NCBI GenBank assembly: GCA_013239625.1
Contig: MU054323.1
Location: 4,752,214-4,816,213 of the forward strand
Length of the DNA stretch: 64,000 bases
Direction: 5' to 3'
From: Lama guanicoe
Lineage: Eukaryota
Shown here: in pieces, positions 12,339-26,109 of the stretch
Layout: every line of letters begins with the position of its first letter
Position numbering within the stretch: position 1 is the stretch's first letter
Position numbers and translations under genes: made by a program
The notes under the pieces: generated by a model
What the model saw: only the letters and a program-made list of their open reading frames with translations
Told to the model about the DNA's origin: nothing
The model's database searches: none

Positions 12339-15300
12339 TGTTCATGCTGCTATTTCAGGCTTTGTTCTATTGTTAAACGTGACATATAAGTAAATATATG
12401 TATTTTAGAAACAGAATCATATTCTGTTTCATAATCTTTTTCCCTAAAAATAATATAATGAACATCGTTCTATCATTCTATGTTTGAAAAAAATAAAATT
12501 AGTATATTATTCGAAAAGTACAAAAAGTGCTTCAGTGTTTAAGTCTCATAAATTCAAATTGATCCTGAGTGTTTCTAGTACTGGCTTATTTCAGGTTTTG
12601 CATATTCAGATGCTGATAACTACAGTTACATTTATTCATTTCAAGGGAAAAAAAATGTCCTTTTCCTCTTCTTCCACTGACTTGCTTTACCCTCGTTTAT
12701 TTTTCCAGGTTGAATTTAAAAAATAGACCCGTCTAAGAAGACAAACACCCTCTGGATTCTGTTGGCCATTTTCTTCAGAGCCCTAATGGCCACAGAGAGG
12801 AACTTCTTAATTTATGGTATGACCTTGGACCCTAGAACTGTTTCTTTCTCCATAACTTGGGATAAAAAATACCCTCCCTGCTTTCTTTTCACAAATAATC
12901 TAAGGTTCAGTCTATTATTGGTCATAGAAATAGCTTTAAAATATGCACAGTGTTAAAAAATGTAAGGTGGCATTATCCATTGTCCATGTTTTTTTAAATG
13001 CCTTTCATGAGTTCAGTTCTACTCAATGTTATCATTCATATTTTCTCATTTTTTTTTAGTAAAAAGCTACCAATACCAAATGTTCACTGTATTAATTGGA
13101 ACAAATCTGACTGTATTACGTTACTATCCAGGATGGTGCTTCCAGCTGAGGCAACTGTATGGTTAAGTGGCCCTCGCACAGTTCACATGGGATACTGTTA
13201 CTCTGTTTTGGCTACTGAAAGTTTACAACTCAAGACTCCAGACTAAGATAATCATGGAAGCATTCAGGAATGGGTCCAAAAGGCTGGGTGAGCTTCTGTG
13301 ACTTCTCAGAAGGCACATGCAGGGTGGGAGCCCAAGCTGGAGGCTCCCTGAGGGCGCAGGAAGCAGGAAGCAGGAGAACAGATGACAAGGCATTGGTGAC
13401 AAGGGACAAAGCCAAAGCCAACCTGTTCCCTCATTCAGACACACCAAGGGGACCTAGCGGGTAAGAACAGTGCCCCAGACCATTGAGTCTTGGCTTTTAC
13501 AAGAATTTGTTAAACAGGAGATCTGATAAATGTCTGTTGCCTGAAGCCTAGCTGAGGGTTTGTGCATTTACTTTTCCTGCTCCTCCACATTGGTTTCCAC
13601 TGACCAGTAGCGCCTCCAATGGGAGAGCAGGAGTAGTGCAAGATGGTTCAATCATGGTTTCCTTCTCTGACACCAGAAATTCTACCACCAAAGCTTCTTT
13701 CATACATGGATCCACTTTTGACCTTTTTTGGTGGAATACTGACTGTGCCTGACTCATTAAAAGATGGGTCTCATTTTCATTCTCATTTTGTGGATGGAAA
13801 AACTGAGGATGGGAAAGCTGTAGTAACTCCCAGTGACTACTCCACTAACGTGTGATGCAGGTGGGATCCATGTTTCCTCCAGTCGTTCTGGGTCTTTTTT
13901 AGTTCACTCCCACGAATGCTTATTATATGTGTTTCTTCTATACCAAATTTAGTTTTAGTTTTCAGTTTTCTTGCCTGATCCCAAGTCCATCTGTCCACTT
14001 CCGGCCAGTAATAAACTCCTGGATCTGAGATGGGAACACTGGGAAGGGAGCCAGTGGGAATGGAAACCACCCAGCTCCCTGCCACCCCTTCCCCTGCCCT
14101 TAATTACTCCATGGCAGGGACTTCCGGGGGAGAAATTAGCCACCCAAACCCATTCTGCTTCTGCGGCTGGGAAATTACCTGAGGGAAAAGGCATTTCTAG
14201 AATCTAGTATTTTATGGCATTAGATCATTCTACTCCTGAGATAAAGGGAAATTGTTGGCGCGCCAAATCATTACTGCAGCAAGAACTACACTAGATCCTA
14301 AAGTTACACATGTTTTAAGACATGCCAGAAATATATTGCAGGGCTGCAGCAGGAACGACACTTCCACCTGACTTTCTAAAACACATAATAACATTTGTAG
14401 GGAAAGAGGGGAAAAACACCTTAATTTCTGGGAGGCTGTAACGGTCACAGTGGCGTGGTAGTACAAAATGACCTGTTCTTACTTCTGTTAAGATAAGGAT
14501 GCATTAAATATTTCTATTCCACTCACCATCAAAAAGTGGGTAGAGGGAGGTGTGTGTCTTAAGTAACGCCCCTTCACACATCCCCTCAGATCTGCACACA
14601 ACTTTAGACGTTCTTGCTGCCCTGGTCTGCACTTCTACTCAGGATAAATCACTGCAAAGCACCATGGCCCCAACAGGGGGCTGTTAATTAGTTGTAAAGG
14701 CTCCTGCAGTTTCTCTAGTGCTTCAAGGAAGTACACAAACCCAGTATTATACAAAAAAATACCTTTTTTTATGGTCAGCACGACTGAGGTTTTATGAGCT
14801 TCCCATGGTTGTATGAAAGTTAAGCTGTATGCAAATGCACCAAGAGAAGGCTGTTAAAATTGACTGGGATAAATGCTTTGTTTATCCTACAGCTGGAATG
14901 CAGCAGAACTCCACTTAAGTAGACGGGAAAGGAGTCAGAGCACACTGTGCATGAGGCTTGAGGGCTAGGGTAAGGTCACACAGCTCTGCCTCTCCAGACT
15001 CACCCCGTCCTGCACCCAGCCTAGCTTTGGCACTGCCCTTTGTGTTCCCGGAGAGGGAAATTCTGTCACAATTGACTAAGGACAGAAAGCCTGAGATTTT
15101 TAGCATCCTAGGACTGGTGTGGCGCTTAGAGAAAAGGGATCTTCTCCTTCCCTACCATATTGCACATAAAGAAAGTGAGATCACAAGAGTCAGCCTCAAG
15201 AACAGTCACGACTGCCCCCCTTGCTGCATAATCGAGCCAGTGGAGATCCTGGAAGTGATGACTTACCGAATATATATTAGAGCTGATTCCCAGTTTTACA

Positions 15301-16649
15301 AATATTTTTTATCGTCTGCTAGGGACGAGGGGCTGTGTTGTGAACCCTGGAAGCTCTGAATAATCTCACCTCTCGAAGGACTCATACATCAGCTTTTCGT
15401 TGTGCTGGAATAAAATGCTGTCCCTGTGAGGTTAGAGACTCTCTCTTTTCTTGCACATCTCAAGAAGACAACGCCCAACAGTCCCCAGAGAGGGGGTCAT
15501 TCCTATTATGACAGCCGATGTACAGTGAGTGCATCTCTATGCCCCACACTGGAATATGAACCGTACAAGGGATATCATTGAAACCTCCCCTACTTGCCCC
15601 TCCAAAACACTTGAAATAGGTGCGATGATTACTCTCCCATTTTACAGGATGCCCCCAAGGCATGGAGAGTTTGTCTTGTCAAGTAGGAGCCAGAAGACTG
15701 TACTGAACCTTATTTTCTGAGCTCAGCATCCACACAGTACCACCTCCCATAATAAGTGACACACTTGTGTATCCACGGAAGACATTCCTTTAGCTGAGTC
15801 ACTAAATCTGTAGCAGTGGCCATGACTTGATTGGGTAAAATAGTTCTCATACTTGAAAGATAGTAGAATCCCAGACTCTTTAGATTAAAAAAGAAAAATA
15901 AAAAGAGATAACATGAGTAAATATATAGACTTAGAACAGCTAAAACGTATATAGCTAAATGCCAAAACCCCTGCCAAGATTCACTTTTGAGCCAAAAGCT
16001 GAAATAAAACAGAATATTTGATCCAGACTCACATCTGCTCACCTGATTTACAACCACGCATCCAGCCTTCTTTCTCTTTGGTCAGTTCCCCTAAAGACTC
16101 CTATTTCCTTTATGCTCATCAGACCTCCACAAAGCCTCAAAACCTACCCCTTTTTTTCATATTTATGGTTATGGAATTGACCTCCTCAGGCAATACCAGA
16201 CAACTTAGAGAACTCAGTGCTTTCGGGTACATAAAAACCATGTCCCCACATTTCTCCAATTACCTCACAGTCTTCCCTGTGTATCTCCTTCCAGGGGAGA
16301 CATGGAGAGACATTTCCCCCCTCATATTTTCCTAATCTGCTTGGATGTCACTACCGATTTTTCAGTCTTACCTGACAGTTTTGTATTGCTCTTTTAAGAC
16401 AAATCGAACCAAGATGTTCAGAACAGCCAAAGGAAATTCTAAAGAATTAAACAAGAGGGCTTTCATATTTTTATTTAGGTACACAGGGTATTTAAAACCT
16501 CTTTTTCAAAGAAAATGCTGATGATTACTAGGATGGTTAAGTCGAATCAAAGGGCAGGAAGGTGGGGCCGCATAGGGTCTGAGCTGGGGTGGTGGTGAGC
16601 AGCCAGCAGACGGGCATCCGGTGATGAATTCACACAGCCACGTGTGAAT

Positions 16650-17620
16650 AGTAAAAGTGGTTGGCAAAACTGACTGGAAAAATCAGGTAATACCATGTGA
16701 CATAGATGCACGTCACATAGACACAAAAATTCCAGATAATTTAAGGTGTTACTTTAAACAATAAAAATATAAAATTCTCAAATTATACCTAAACATTTCA
16801 CTGACCACTGTGGTTACCTGAGGGTGGTGGACTCTTTAAGCTAAAAACAAAGAGAATTGAAATCTCAACTCAGGAATATATTTTAAATATAGGCTAAACA
16901 AAGAAATAATGGCATTAATAAGTATGTGCCCCTGAAAATAAAGAACATACTAACCCAATAATAGATAAATGGACTATGAACATGAACAAATGTTTTTAAA
17001 AGAGGAAATATAAACATAAGATAGCTATTAAACATGTGAAAAACTGTTTAACTTCCCTAGAAAATAAGAAAGAAATGCATATTAAAACGAGTGGGGACTC
17101 TATTTACCATCAAATTGTTTCAAGGTTGGTGATGGTGCCGTGAGGCAGGCTTTTCCAAACGCTTCCATTAGGAGAATAAAATAACACAGTGTTCCTTGTA
17201 AATCAATTTGGTTCTGTGTTTCAAGATCGTTAAACATTTTCTGCTGTTTTACCAAATGATTCTATTTCTCAGAATTTCTCTGAAAGGAAAAAACTTCAAA
17301 CGTACGAAAAGATGCTCACAATATCTATAACAACACAAAAGAAAATGGAAACACTCCACATGTGCAATTTAAGAGGTGTGGTCACTCTAGTTTGGAATGT
17401 CCGTTCATATAAAGGAAGGTAGCAGCCCGGCCCACAGAATGACATACAGATGAGAAATAAAATAGACATTTCGATAGTCAGTTATCAAAAAAAAAAAAGC
17501 AGGAAAAGATTAAAAATATACTATCAGTGATTTGTGGTCAAGGAATGAAAACCAATTTTTTTAAAGGAGGTAATACAAATACTTTGAAGATTTTAGTTAT
17601 CATGTTACAAACTTTTTAAT
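16650..17620 (+). mobile_element. Old L1 (L1ME-like) fragments
   Basis: 'aaacatgtgaaaaactgtttaacttccctag...gaaatgcatattaaaac' ORF2-end similarity, heavily decayed. Confidence 0.55.
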
Positions 17621-18002
17621 GCACAAGAAATAGAGCAAATTTACAAACTTGACAAACGCAAAGCAATCTGTTCTGCTGAGAACAAGCTGCTTGTTTGGAC
17701 TTGAATCTAGTTCTCTGTGGACAGTAATATATACCTATAAGCTGTAATAATTTGATTGTGAATATCTGTCTGGGACAAAGACTAGGCGCCATTCAAATAA
17801 TTTGGAAAAAGAACTTGGAGATGAGGTCAGATGAATTGTGGCCCCTGCTGGAGACTGCGCGGCCAAACCAGGGTCACCACCAGCCTCACGGCTCACACGG
17901 AGGAGGAGGATTTGTATGAAGAAGACAAGCCGCTTATTCCTCCGGGCTCTTTCCTGTTATCTGCCAGAAAGCACCCTCTGGCTACACCTGCAAAAGTCAA
18001 CG

Positions 18003-18016
18003 GCGCCCCCTGGAGT
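18003..18016 (-). promoter_or_regulatory. Candidate CTCF-binding site
   Basis: - strand ACTCCAGGGGGCGC matches 12/14 of the core CCACCAGGGGGCGC; lies in a CpG-retaining, repeat-free block. Confidence 0.45.
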
Positions 18017-20239
18017 TTCAGGGCACAACCAGCGAAACCTTACAGCACAGCCTTGGGTCCGGTTACAGGACAGTGTCTGACGACTGTCCAATATGATCAG
18101 AGGGCACTTAGAGGCTGGATCTAGGAGAGATCAGTGGGGACAGGCAGTGAGGAATGAGAAGAGGAAGCTGCACCTGCCACCCGCCGACCCCCACCTCCCT
18201 GCTCCTCTTAATGATGTTGGGAAATCCGTGCCTAAAAGAGCAGGACTTATGATCATGTCTGACCATCCCGCGGAGTGAGCTGTGCTGAGAAGGGCGTGAC
18301 GGAGTGTGAGGGAACCAGGAGGACTCAGTGCCTGGCTCAGAAATATGCAGTTAGAAGAAAACACCACTTCAGTCTATAAAATTAGGAAGAAAAGTCCTCT
18401 CTTGTGGGCTTTCGTTAGGATCAAATGTCCATGAACTTACCCATATGACTGGGCACGTGATAAATGCTTAAAAGTGCTGACAATTACATAAAAATCGGTT
18501 TCACCCCACTAACATTTTTGCAAATTCCAGAGAAACTCTTACTGGCCCTTTCAAGTGTTCCTCATGTTGTGTTAGGAGGAGCCAGGCAGCCAGGACTCTC
18601 TCAGCATTGGTAACAGGTCCAATTCCACCAGCAGGAGATCTTACAAACTCTCTGGCTCTCTGTTTCCTCATGAGTGAAGTAGGGATAAGACTAACACCGT
18701 CCCTCCCCAGGGAGATCCCATCTATAGAGTGACTCTGCACATTGAAAAGACCTACATAAATGGAAAGGATAGTGTGTGTGTGTGCGCGCGCGCGCTTGCA
18801 CGCTTGTGTTTTATGTTGCCTCTTAATCCCTCTGTTTATTTGTTTTTTAATAGCAGTAAACACCCAGAAAAATGTAAAAGGAGCTCTCACGCTTTGTTTT
18901 CAAACAGAAATGTTACCTGAAAAACTATTCGGCTCTGTTCCTCTTTTGGGAGGAAGAGGAGCCCTGGCAGGAGAGCAGAAGGCAGCGGCTAAGTCTTTGA
19001 GTTCTTGGGGGTTGGAGAAAAGAAAGAGAAAGAGGATTCAAAAAACATGGTCCATGGTTCACAATCTGGAGACCCCATTCCTTTGACAGCATCCACTTGC
19101 CCTGTGAGAGCCGTTTCCTGGTGACTCCTGGGAAACTGTCCTTGAACTCGGTAAACACAGCCTCGGAGCTAATTGAGGACATTTCCTACCTAAGTATTTC
19201 AGCTTCAACCAAGAGAGAACGGAGAATCCACTTTGGAGCACATGGTTGTGGATGATTTCTTTATGAACCCACGAGTTCCTGCCTGTTAATTAAGACGGTA
19301 GGTTTCCTGCCATCTTGTCATATCTAACACCAAGTGAATGTGAGAATTCATCACTCATCTGCCTCTTGCTTTAATAAAAATGCCAGAGTTTTAAAATTAG
19401 AGTGAAAGCATGCACAGGTGCTAGTTTGGTAAATAAAAAGTTAGAAGTAAGTCACTCAATGTTAACAACTTATTTTCTGGGGGAGCTTCGGGGTGTTTGT
19501 ACTTCCCTCCCGTACTCTATTTCATAGATTCAGAAATCAAAAGGTACCAGATGAAAATGTTTCTTTGGTCTGGATAGTCACCTGTTAGCACAGATCTCAT
19601 CTAAAAAAAGTATTTGTGTGGATTCTTTCTCTTCTGCCTATGCTTATTTTTGATGTAAATGACTTGCTAACATTGAACTTCATTAACTCTAAAATATGTG
19701 AGACTTGTCTTTTTTTCTTCTGTTTTTAACGTTCAAAAAAGCATTTTATGAAAAATTATTTCTAGTAAGACTAAAGTCACAGCATGCAGGTGACTTGGGG
19801 CACAGGCAACCACATTCCATCATTCCATAACTAAAAATAAACTTTAAGGCGAATGTTACTTATTGCACATTTTCCATATACATGAAGGAAGCATTTTCCA
19901 GTTCCAAAGTTTAGTATAATGATATCATTCAGGCATGACTTTTCACTTTTCTTTCCTTGTCAGAGTTTTCTTAGCTCTGCTTTTCCTAGACAGCCCCCCC
20001 AAAAACTTATAGGAACACCTATCTCTTAATGATAGTCACAGGTAGCATCTCTCAGTGATAGTCACAGACAGCACTGCTCTTCTGTCGCATGGAGGGAAGA
20101 CTGCATCAGCATGGGCTTTGGGTACCCCACAGGAGTTAGATGGTAGAGACGTCAGGAAAACTGGGGGAGGCAGTGACTATACAATCTGGAAGATGCTGAC
20201 TGCTCTACCTTCCAAACTGGGTCAACACATGTCTTCTCC

Positions 20240-21290
20240 TCTAATTTAGCTCCCATCTCCCACTACCCACTTCCCACACACATACTGATCCATAAGACTT
20301 CCTAAAATCAAGCTCTGATGATGTAGCATTTTCTCTACACTGTTAGGGACCAGCTCTGGTTCCCCATGTCTGCTCATCAAGCCTGCATTCTTTGAACTAA
20401 TGTTCAGTGCCCTTCATGACTTTCTCTCTTCCAACCTACATCATTTTCAATTACTCTTCAACATGAACCTTCAGTATGACCTAAATAGAGTTCCCACTGA
20501 TTTCAAATGAGAGACAGTCCCTTACTTTAGGTTCCAGAAAGCCATGTACAGAACAGCAGTTCACAAGAGGAGAAAGATGCCAAGTTCCAGGCACTGAATT
20601 GTATTACACATGATCTCAAGAGAGCCTTTACATTTCAGAGGCTTTAACACTAACCTAAAATATAATTTCATCCTTGATACTCTACCGTGGTGAATGCCAC
20701 GGTATAAACCTGCGCACGTTTCAAGTCCATTTGAGGAGCACTGCCACCTTCTGCTTTCAACTGTTGAATGGTTGAAACGATGACTACTGAGTATCTGCAA
20801 TGTCTCAGACTTTCAGCTAAATATCTGTTTGTGTCTTTAATACTCAAAGTGAGTCAGTGAGACAAGGCAATAGTTATTCTCACTTTACAGATAAGAAATC
20901 TGAGTACCAATGAGGCTAAGTGACCTACCCAAGGACAGACAGCCAGTAAGTGAATAAAGATTCAAACTTAGATTTGTTTGACTTCTTGGTCAAGTTGACC
21001 TTCCTGGAAGAGGTGGTTTGATTTGCAGTTTGAATGAAGATCTGTTGATCATTCAGACATCTAAACATTTGGTTAATTTACTAGTATGCTGCCCTTGTCA
21101 TCTACAAATTGTATTACAACTTAGTTGATTTCAATACTCCAGCACAAATTCACCCGATCTCACCTTACTGCACTGGTAAATTTCATGAAGTCGGGGAGTA
21201 AAACTATGCTGCTAAACTATCTTATCTCCAATGTCTAGAACCGTGTCTGTCACATGGATGGTGATCAGCACCTCTTAAATAAATAAATGA
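20240..21290 (+). mobile_element. L2 fragments with an intervening MIR (- strand, ~20790-20990)
   Basis: L2-like 'cttcctaaaatcaagctctgatgatgt' and 3' end 'tctccaatgtctagaaccgtgtctgtcacatgg...aaataaataaatga'; MIR 'ctcactttacagataagaaatctgag...aagtgacctacccaagg'. Confidence 0.5.
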
Positions 21291-22229
21291 AAAGCAGGTC
21301 CTAGGCTCAGGTTTGTACCAATGTTTCTAGGGGTCCTAGAGAAGTAGACAAGCCAGCACATCCAGGAACACTAAGCAAGTGATCACTCAAGCAAGACTTT
21401 TCTGGATACCTATGCATCCAAACTAGAATCACATGCTAAATCTGGATTAAGATACATCTAGAGGAGGCAGATTTAGGTCTCTGTCCTCCAAAAGCTCAAA
21501 ATTTGATCTGACTCCATCTTCCAATGCACTTCTTAGGGGCCCTACCAAGCCATTGATGATGTAAATAAAACATTCAGGTTTCTTGCAGAAACGTTACTCC
21601 ACTATCCTCCATGCAATAATGCAGCACTTTGTAACAAGCTTTATAATGAGGCTATGAATTAAAGTGATGCATGGCTTTTCTGAGGTACAGTATGCATCAC
21701 AACAGCCTGTATTAACAATTTAAAACCATATAATGTGCTTTATAAGCTAATAAAGTAGCTGCCTCTAAATGATTTATCAAATATGAATAATGTATCCAGA
21801 AATAACTTACAGGAACAGGGCCAGCCTCCTCCCCTTCTTTGCTAGCTGGCTTTCTCCACAGATGACTGAGGACACATGGAAGCTGAGTTACTGAGTCCTA
21901 GCCATCAGTCTCCTGCTCTGCCAGGAAGCCTGCCTGAGCCTCCCCAGAGGCTCCCTGCCTATCCTCCTATTCCTGGTGTCCCAGCCACCCTCGCTGCCTC
22001 TCCCCACTTCTGCCTCTCTCTCCACCCCTTTAAATTCCCCTCTGGGCTCCCCACATCTTTCCTGCTTCTTTCAAGAGAGGTGAAGGGTTATCCTAAACAG
22101 TTTCCATACAGGAGATTAAGAAGTCAGTAGATTAAATAGTCAGAAGGGAGAATTCTAAGGGCTCATAGCCCAGAGAGAGAACAGTTACATGTGGTTTCTA
22201 GGCTTCTAAGAGAAATATTCATATACGAG

Positions 22230-24230
22230 TTTAAACTGCCCAAACCCCTAAATACTAACTAGATTTCATGCTCAGTACTCTGTCTTCTGAATACTGCATT
22301 TGTGAACTCTTAACAGTGAGTATCTGAAGACTCAAAGCATGTTGGACCTCTGTCTGGAATTCTGGGGGAAAGAATTGATTTCAGAAAGAAATATACATGT
22401 ATATAAAACCAAAAGCACGTAGGAAACATTTCAAGAGACTGTTGCTCTTATCTGACAATGAGAATCCACTACCTCTTTAGAAACCCAACAGACAGCCTAA
22501 ATAAATTAAATAAACTTAATTTCAAATAGCTGGGAGGAAAAAAAAAAAGGCTCATGACTGCTACAATCCTTAGCAGAGAAGCACAAGGTGAATAAACTCA
22601 ACACAGGTTGGGATATTGAAGAAAAGGTAGACTTTCTACAAATGTATGAAGTGTACATGGAGGCTGGCAAAATGCATTAGGATTCTAGAAAGTCTCAGCC
22701 ACAGATTGTGCCCAAACCACCACAAAAACTCATTCCCATAACAAATGCAAAGGAGTGATGTGCGGAAGCCATAAGCAGTGTAGAAAACGAAAAAAAATCT
22801 CTTTTTCCCAGGTACACTGCAGCTTTCCCCTGAAAGTCAGAATGAATCAGCCAAGGAGAAAGAGCACTCTAGAGGCACAGAAAGCAGAGGGTGATGGGAA
22901 GGACAACAAAGAGAATTCCCAGCACCCCAAAAGCTTAACACTAGTCTCTAAATTAAAGAAAGATCTCTTAGCATTCTGGAAAGCTGCAAGTTTGTCTGTA
23001 AAACATAACGAGATCTCTGGACTCTCTCTAGTGTTCTTAATCCAAGCTCTTCTAAAGGAAAAATTCTGATACAGTCCTCAACATTTTGAAATTAGAGGTA
23101 AATTAAATTAATTAAACCTGCAATCATGCCCAGACCCAGGTCATCAAATAATTAAACTCAGCCAGTCCCCTCCTCCCATTATTATCTTAACAGGAGAAGT
23201 GACATGCCCTCTTTTAGAATTAGACATTGTTTACCTCAGTGTCTACTGTTTTTGTTTCTTATGCAAAATGGCTGGCATTTAATCAAAAATTTCAAGATAT
23301 AGGATGAAGCAAGGAAATGCACCTTGTGGTCAAGAGAGCAAACAATTGAGATGACCTAGATGGAATTAACAGGCAGAGATATTAAAATAATTCTGATGGA
23401 GTTTTCACTTCTAGCCATGATGGAGTGACTTTTACCTCACTAGCTTTCCCATCCTAACAATAGTAAAACTGGATAAAATACAGTAGACGGCTGGTCTTTC
23501 GTCAAAAGAAAACAGGTCGCATGATACTTTGAACCTAAAAGAAGGGGAACTCCTGAGCGAAGCTCCTTGATGACCAGCTTGGGGGAAGTTTCCCTATTTG
23601 GGCAAAAAATTGATGCAGCTCTAGTTCAGAAGGGCTTCCTATTGAAATTAAGAAGACACTGGAATTGAAGCTGCTGAAATGGCTCCAATCTACGGCATGG
23701 AATATTGGGGAAGAGGAAGCTATGTAGAGAAGGGGCCCAGAATTCACTATGGGTGTCCTTTATGATTCTGTGGTTGAGGGATGGGTTATATGTGTTCATG
23801 AAGAGACCAACCAAGACTTACTGGAGACCAGCTGCTATGAGGTTGAGAGTAAAACAGAGATACTGGAGGTTGAACACTACTGGGGGAAAAGAAATCCTGG
23901 GAGGTTCTGAAGTACTGACTGTGCTAGAGTAGAGACCTCATTAATCATTTCTTAACAGCCCTAACTGCCAGCTAAAATAATAGAAAGGCCACTACTTATG
24001 AGTAAAGATCACACTTTAACGTAAGACCTACACTCAAAGAAGACTGAAATCAAGCCTTAACAGGAACCCCAGGGGAGAGAGAATTTGAAGGTTGTGTCTC
24101 ATCAGATTTGAGGGACTTGGGGAACACTATCAGCATGTCACAGATCTGCGTCAGAAATCAAATACAAGCCCACATATTTAAGGTAATCAACCTTTCAAGG
24201 CACTGCCTGCTGAAACAAAAACACATACTT
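22230..24230 (+). mobile_element. Old L1M 5' UTR/5' region fragments
   Basis: 'acttctagccatgatggagtgact...aaaactggataaaatac' resembles old L1M 5' ends and the block at 57600; contiguous with downstream L1 ORF2. Confidence 0.5.
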
Positions 24231-24234
24231 TCCA

Positions 24235-26095
24235 GTCATGTTTCTATATGCCGACAATAAACATTCCAAAAAGAAAATGAAGAAATTAAATTAATGTATC
24301 ATAGCATCCTAAAGAATAAAATATCTAGGAATAAACTTAACCAAGAAGGCAAAATACTTGCATGCTGAAAATTATAAAACATTGAAGAAAGAAATTAAGA
24401 TATAAAAAACTGAAAGACATCCCATTTTCATAAATTGGATAACTGAATCTGGTTAAAATTTCAATACTTCCCACGGTGATCAGCAGATTCAATCCAAACA
24501 ACATCAAAATCCCAATGATCTTTTCTTTTCTTTTCTTCTTCTTTGTCTTTTTTTTTTTTGCAGAAATGGCAAAGCTAAGCCTCAGAATCATATGGAATCA
24601 AAAAGAGGCTTGAACAGCCAGGTCAATATTGAAAAATAACAAAATTGGCTAGCTCATACTTTCTGATTTTAAAACTCACTAGAAAGCTGCATTAATAATA
24701 ATAATAATAATAAAAAAACCAGTTTGGTTTTGGCATAAGGATAAAAATGGAGACCAAAGGAATAGAATTGACAGCTCATAAGTATGCCTATATATCTATT
24801 ACCAATTGATTCTTCAACAAGAGTGACAAGATAATCCAATCAGGAAGAAATATTCTCTTCAACAGATGGTCCTGGGACAATTGAATATCCATATATGAAA
24901 GAATGAAGTTGAATCTCAATCTCAAAGAAATATACAAATACTTCTAAATGGATCATACCCACAATACAACAACTAAAATCATGAAATCAATAGAAGATAA
25001 TATAGAGGTAAATTTTCATGACTTTAGATTTCATTTTTCACATATGACACAAAAACATGTATAAGAGAAAAAAATACAAAGACTATCAAAATTTAAAAAT
25101 TTGTGCTTTAAAGGGCATTATCAAAAGACAAAAAGGCAATCTACAGAGTGAAGAACCAACAGAACCCACAAAAAATATTTGATATCACTTATTTGATAAG
25201 GGTGGATTATCAAGAATATATAAAGAAATCTTACAAGTCAATAACAGAAAGACAAACAACCTAATTAAAAATCAGCAGAAAACTTTCAGTGATATTTCTC
25301 CAAAGAAGATATTCGAAGGCCCAAGAAAGAAAAGATGCTCAACATCATTAGTTATCAGGAAAATGCAAATCAAAACCACAATGAGGTACCGACTTCATAC
25401 CCACAAGGATGGCTATTATAAAAGAAAAAATGGAAAATAATAAGTGTTGAAAAGAATGTAGCAAAATTGGGAACCTTGCATTTTGCTGGAGGGAATTCAA
25501 AGAAGCTCAGCTGCTGTGGAAAAAGAGTTCAAAGGTTCCTCAAAAAGTTAAATATAGAATTACCATATAATTGCACAGTTCTACTCCTAGGTACTTACAG
25601 AAAAGAATTAAAAACAGATCCTTAAACAAATTCATCTGTGTAGCAGCACTATTCACAACAGTCGAAAGGTGGAAATGGTCCAAAGGTCGATCAATGGATT
25701 CTTGGATAAATAAATGGTGTTATATGCATACAGTGGAATATTCTTCAACCATAAAAGGAATGAAGTATCAATACACGCTACAACATGGAGGTACCTCTAA
25801 ATCATTGCGCCAGCTGAAATAAGCCAAATGATAAAGGACAAATAGTGTATGATTTCATTTGTATGAACTATTCAGAACAGATAAAGTCATAGAGACAGAG
25901 CACAGATTGCTGGGAGAGGGAAGGATGGAGAGAAACTGCTTAATGAGTGAGAGCCTTTACTTTGGAGTGATGGAGACGTGTTGGAACCAGACAGAAGTAG
26001 AAGTTGAACACCACTGTGAATATACTAAATGCCTCTGGATTGCTCACTTTAAAGTGGTCAATTTTATGTTATGTGAATTTCACCTCAATATTTAG
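24235..26095 (+). mobile_element. L1 (L1MB-like) ORF2 3' half and 3' UTR
   Basis: 'aaaatatctaggaataaacttaaccaag' (YLGINLTK), 'gaaaatgcaaatcaaaaccacaatgag', end 'ttttatgttatgtgaatttcacctcaat'. Confidence 0.88.
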
Positions 26096-26109
26096 TAAGC
26101 TAAATAAAG

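Noticed and set aside
12709..12815. + strand exon with a strong acceptor (tttttccag) and a gtatga donor
   Set aside because: Stops in all frames and no other support
20021..20072. Imperfect 26-bp tandem duplication
   Set aside because: Two diverged copies; ordinary local slippage with no sign of function
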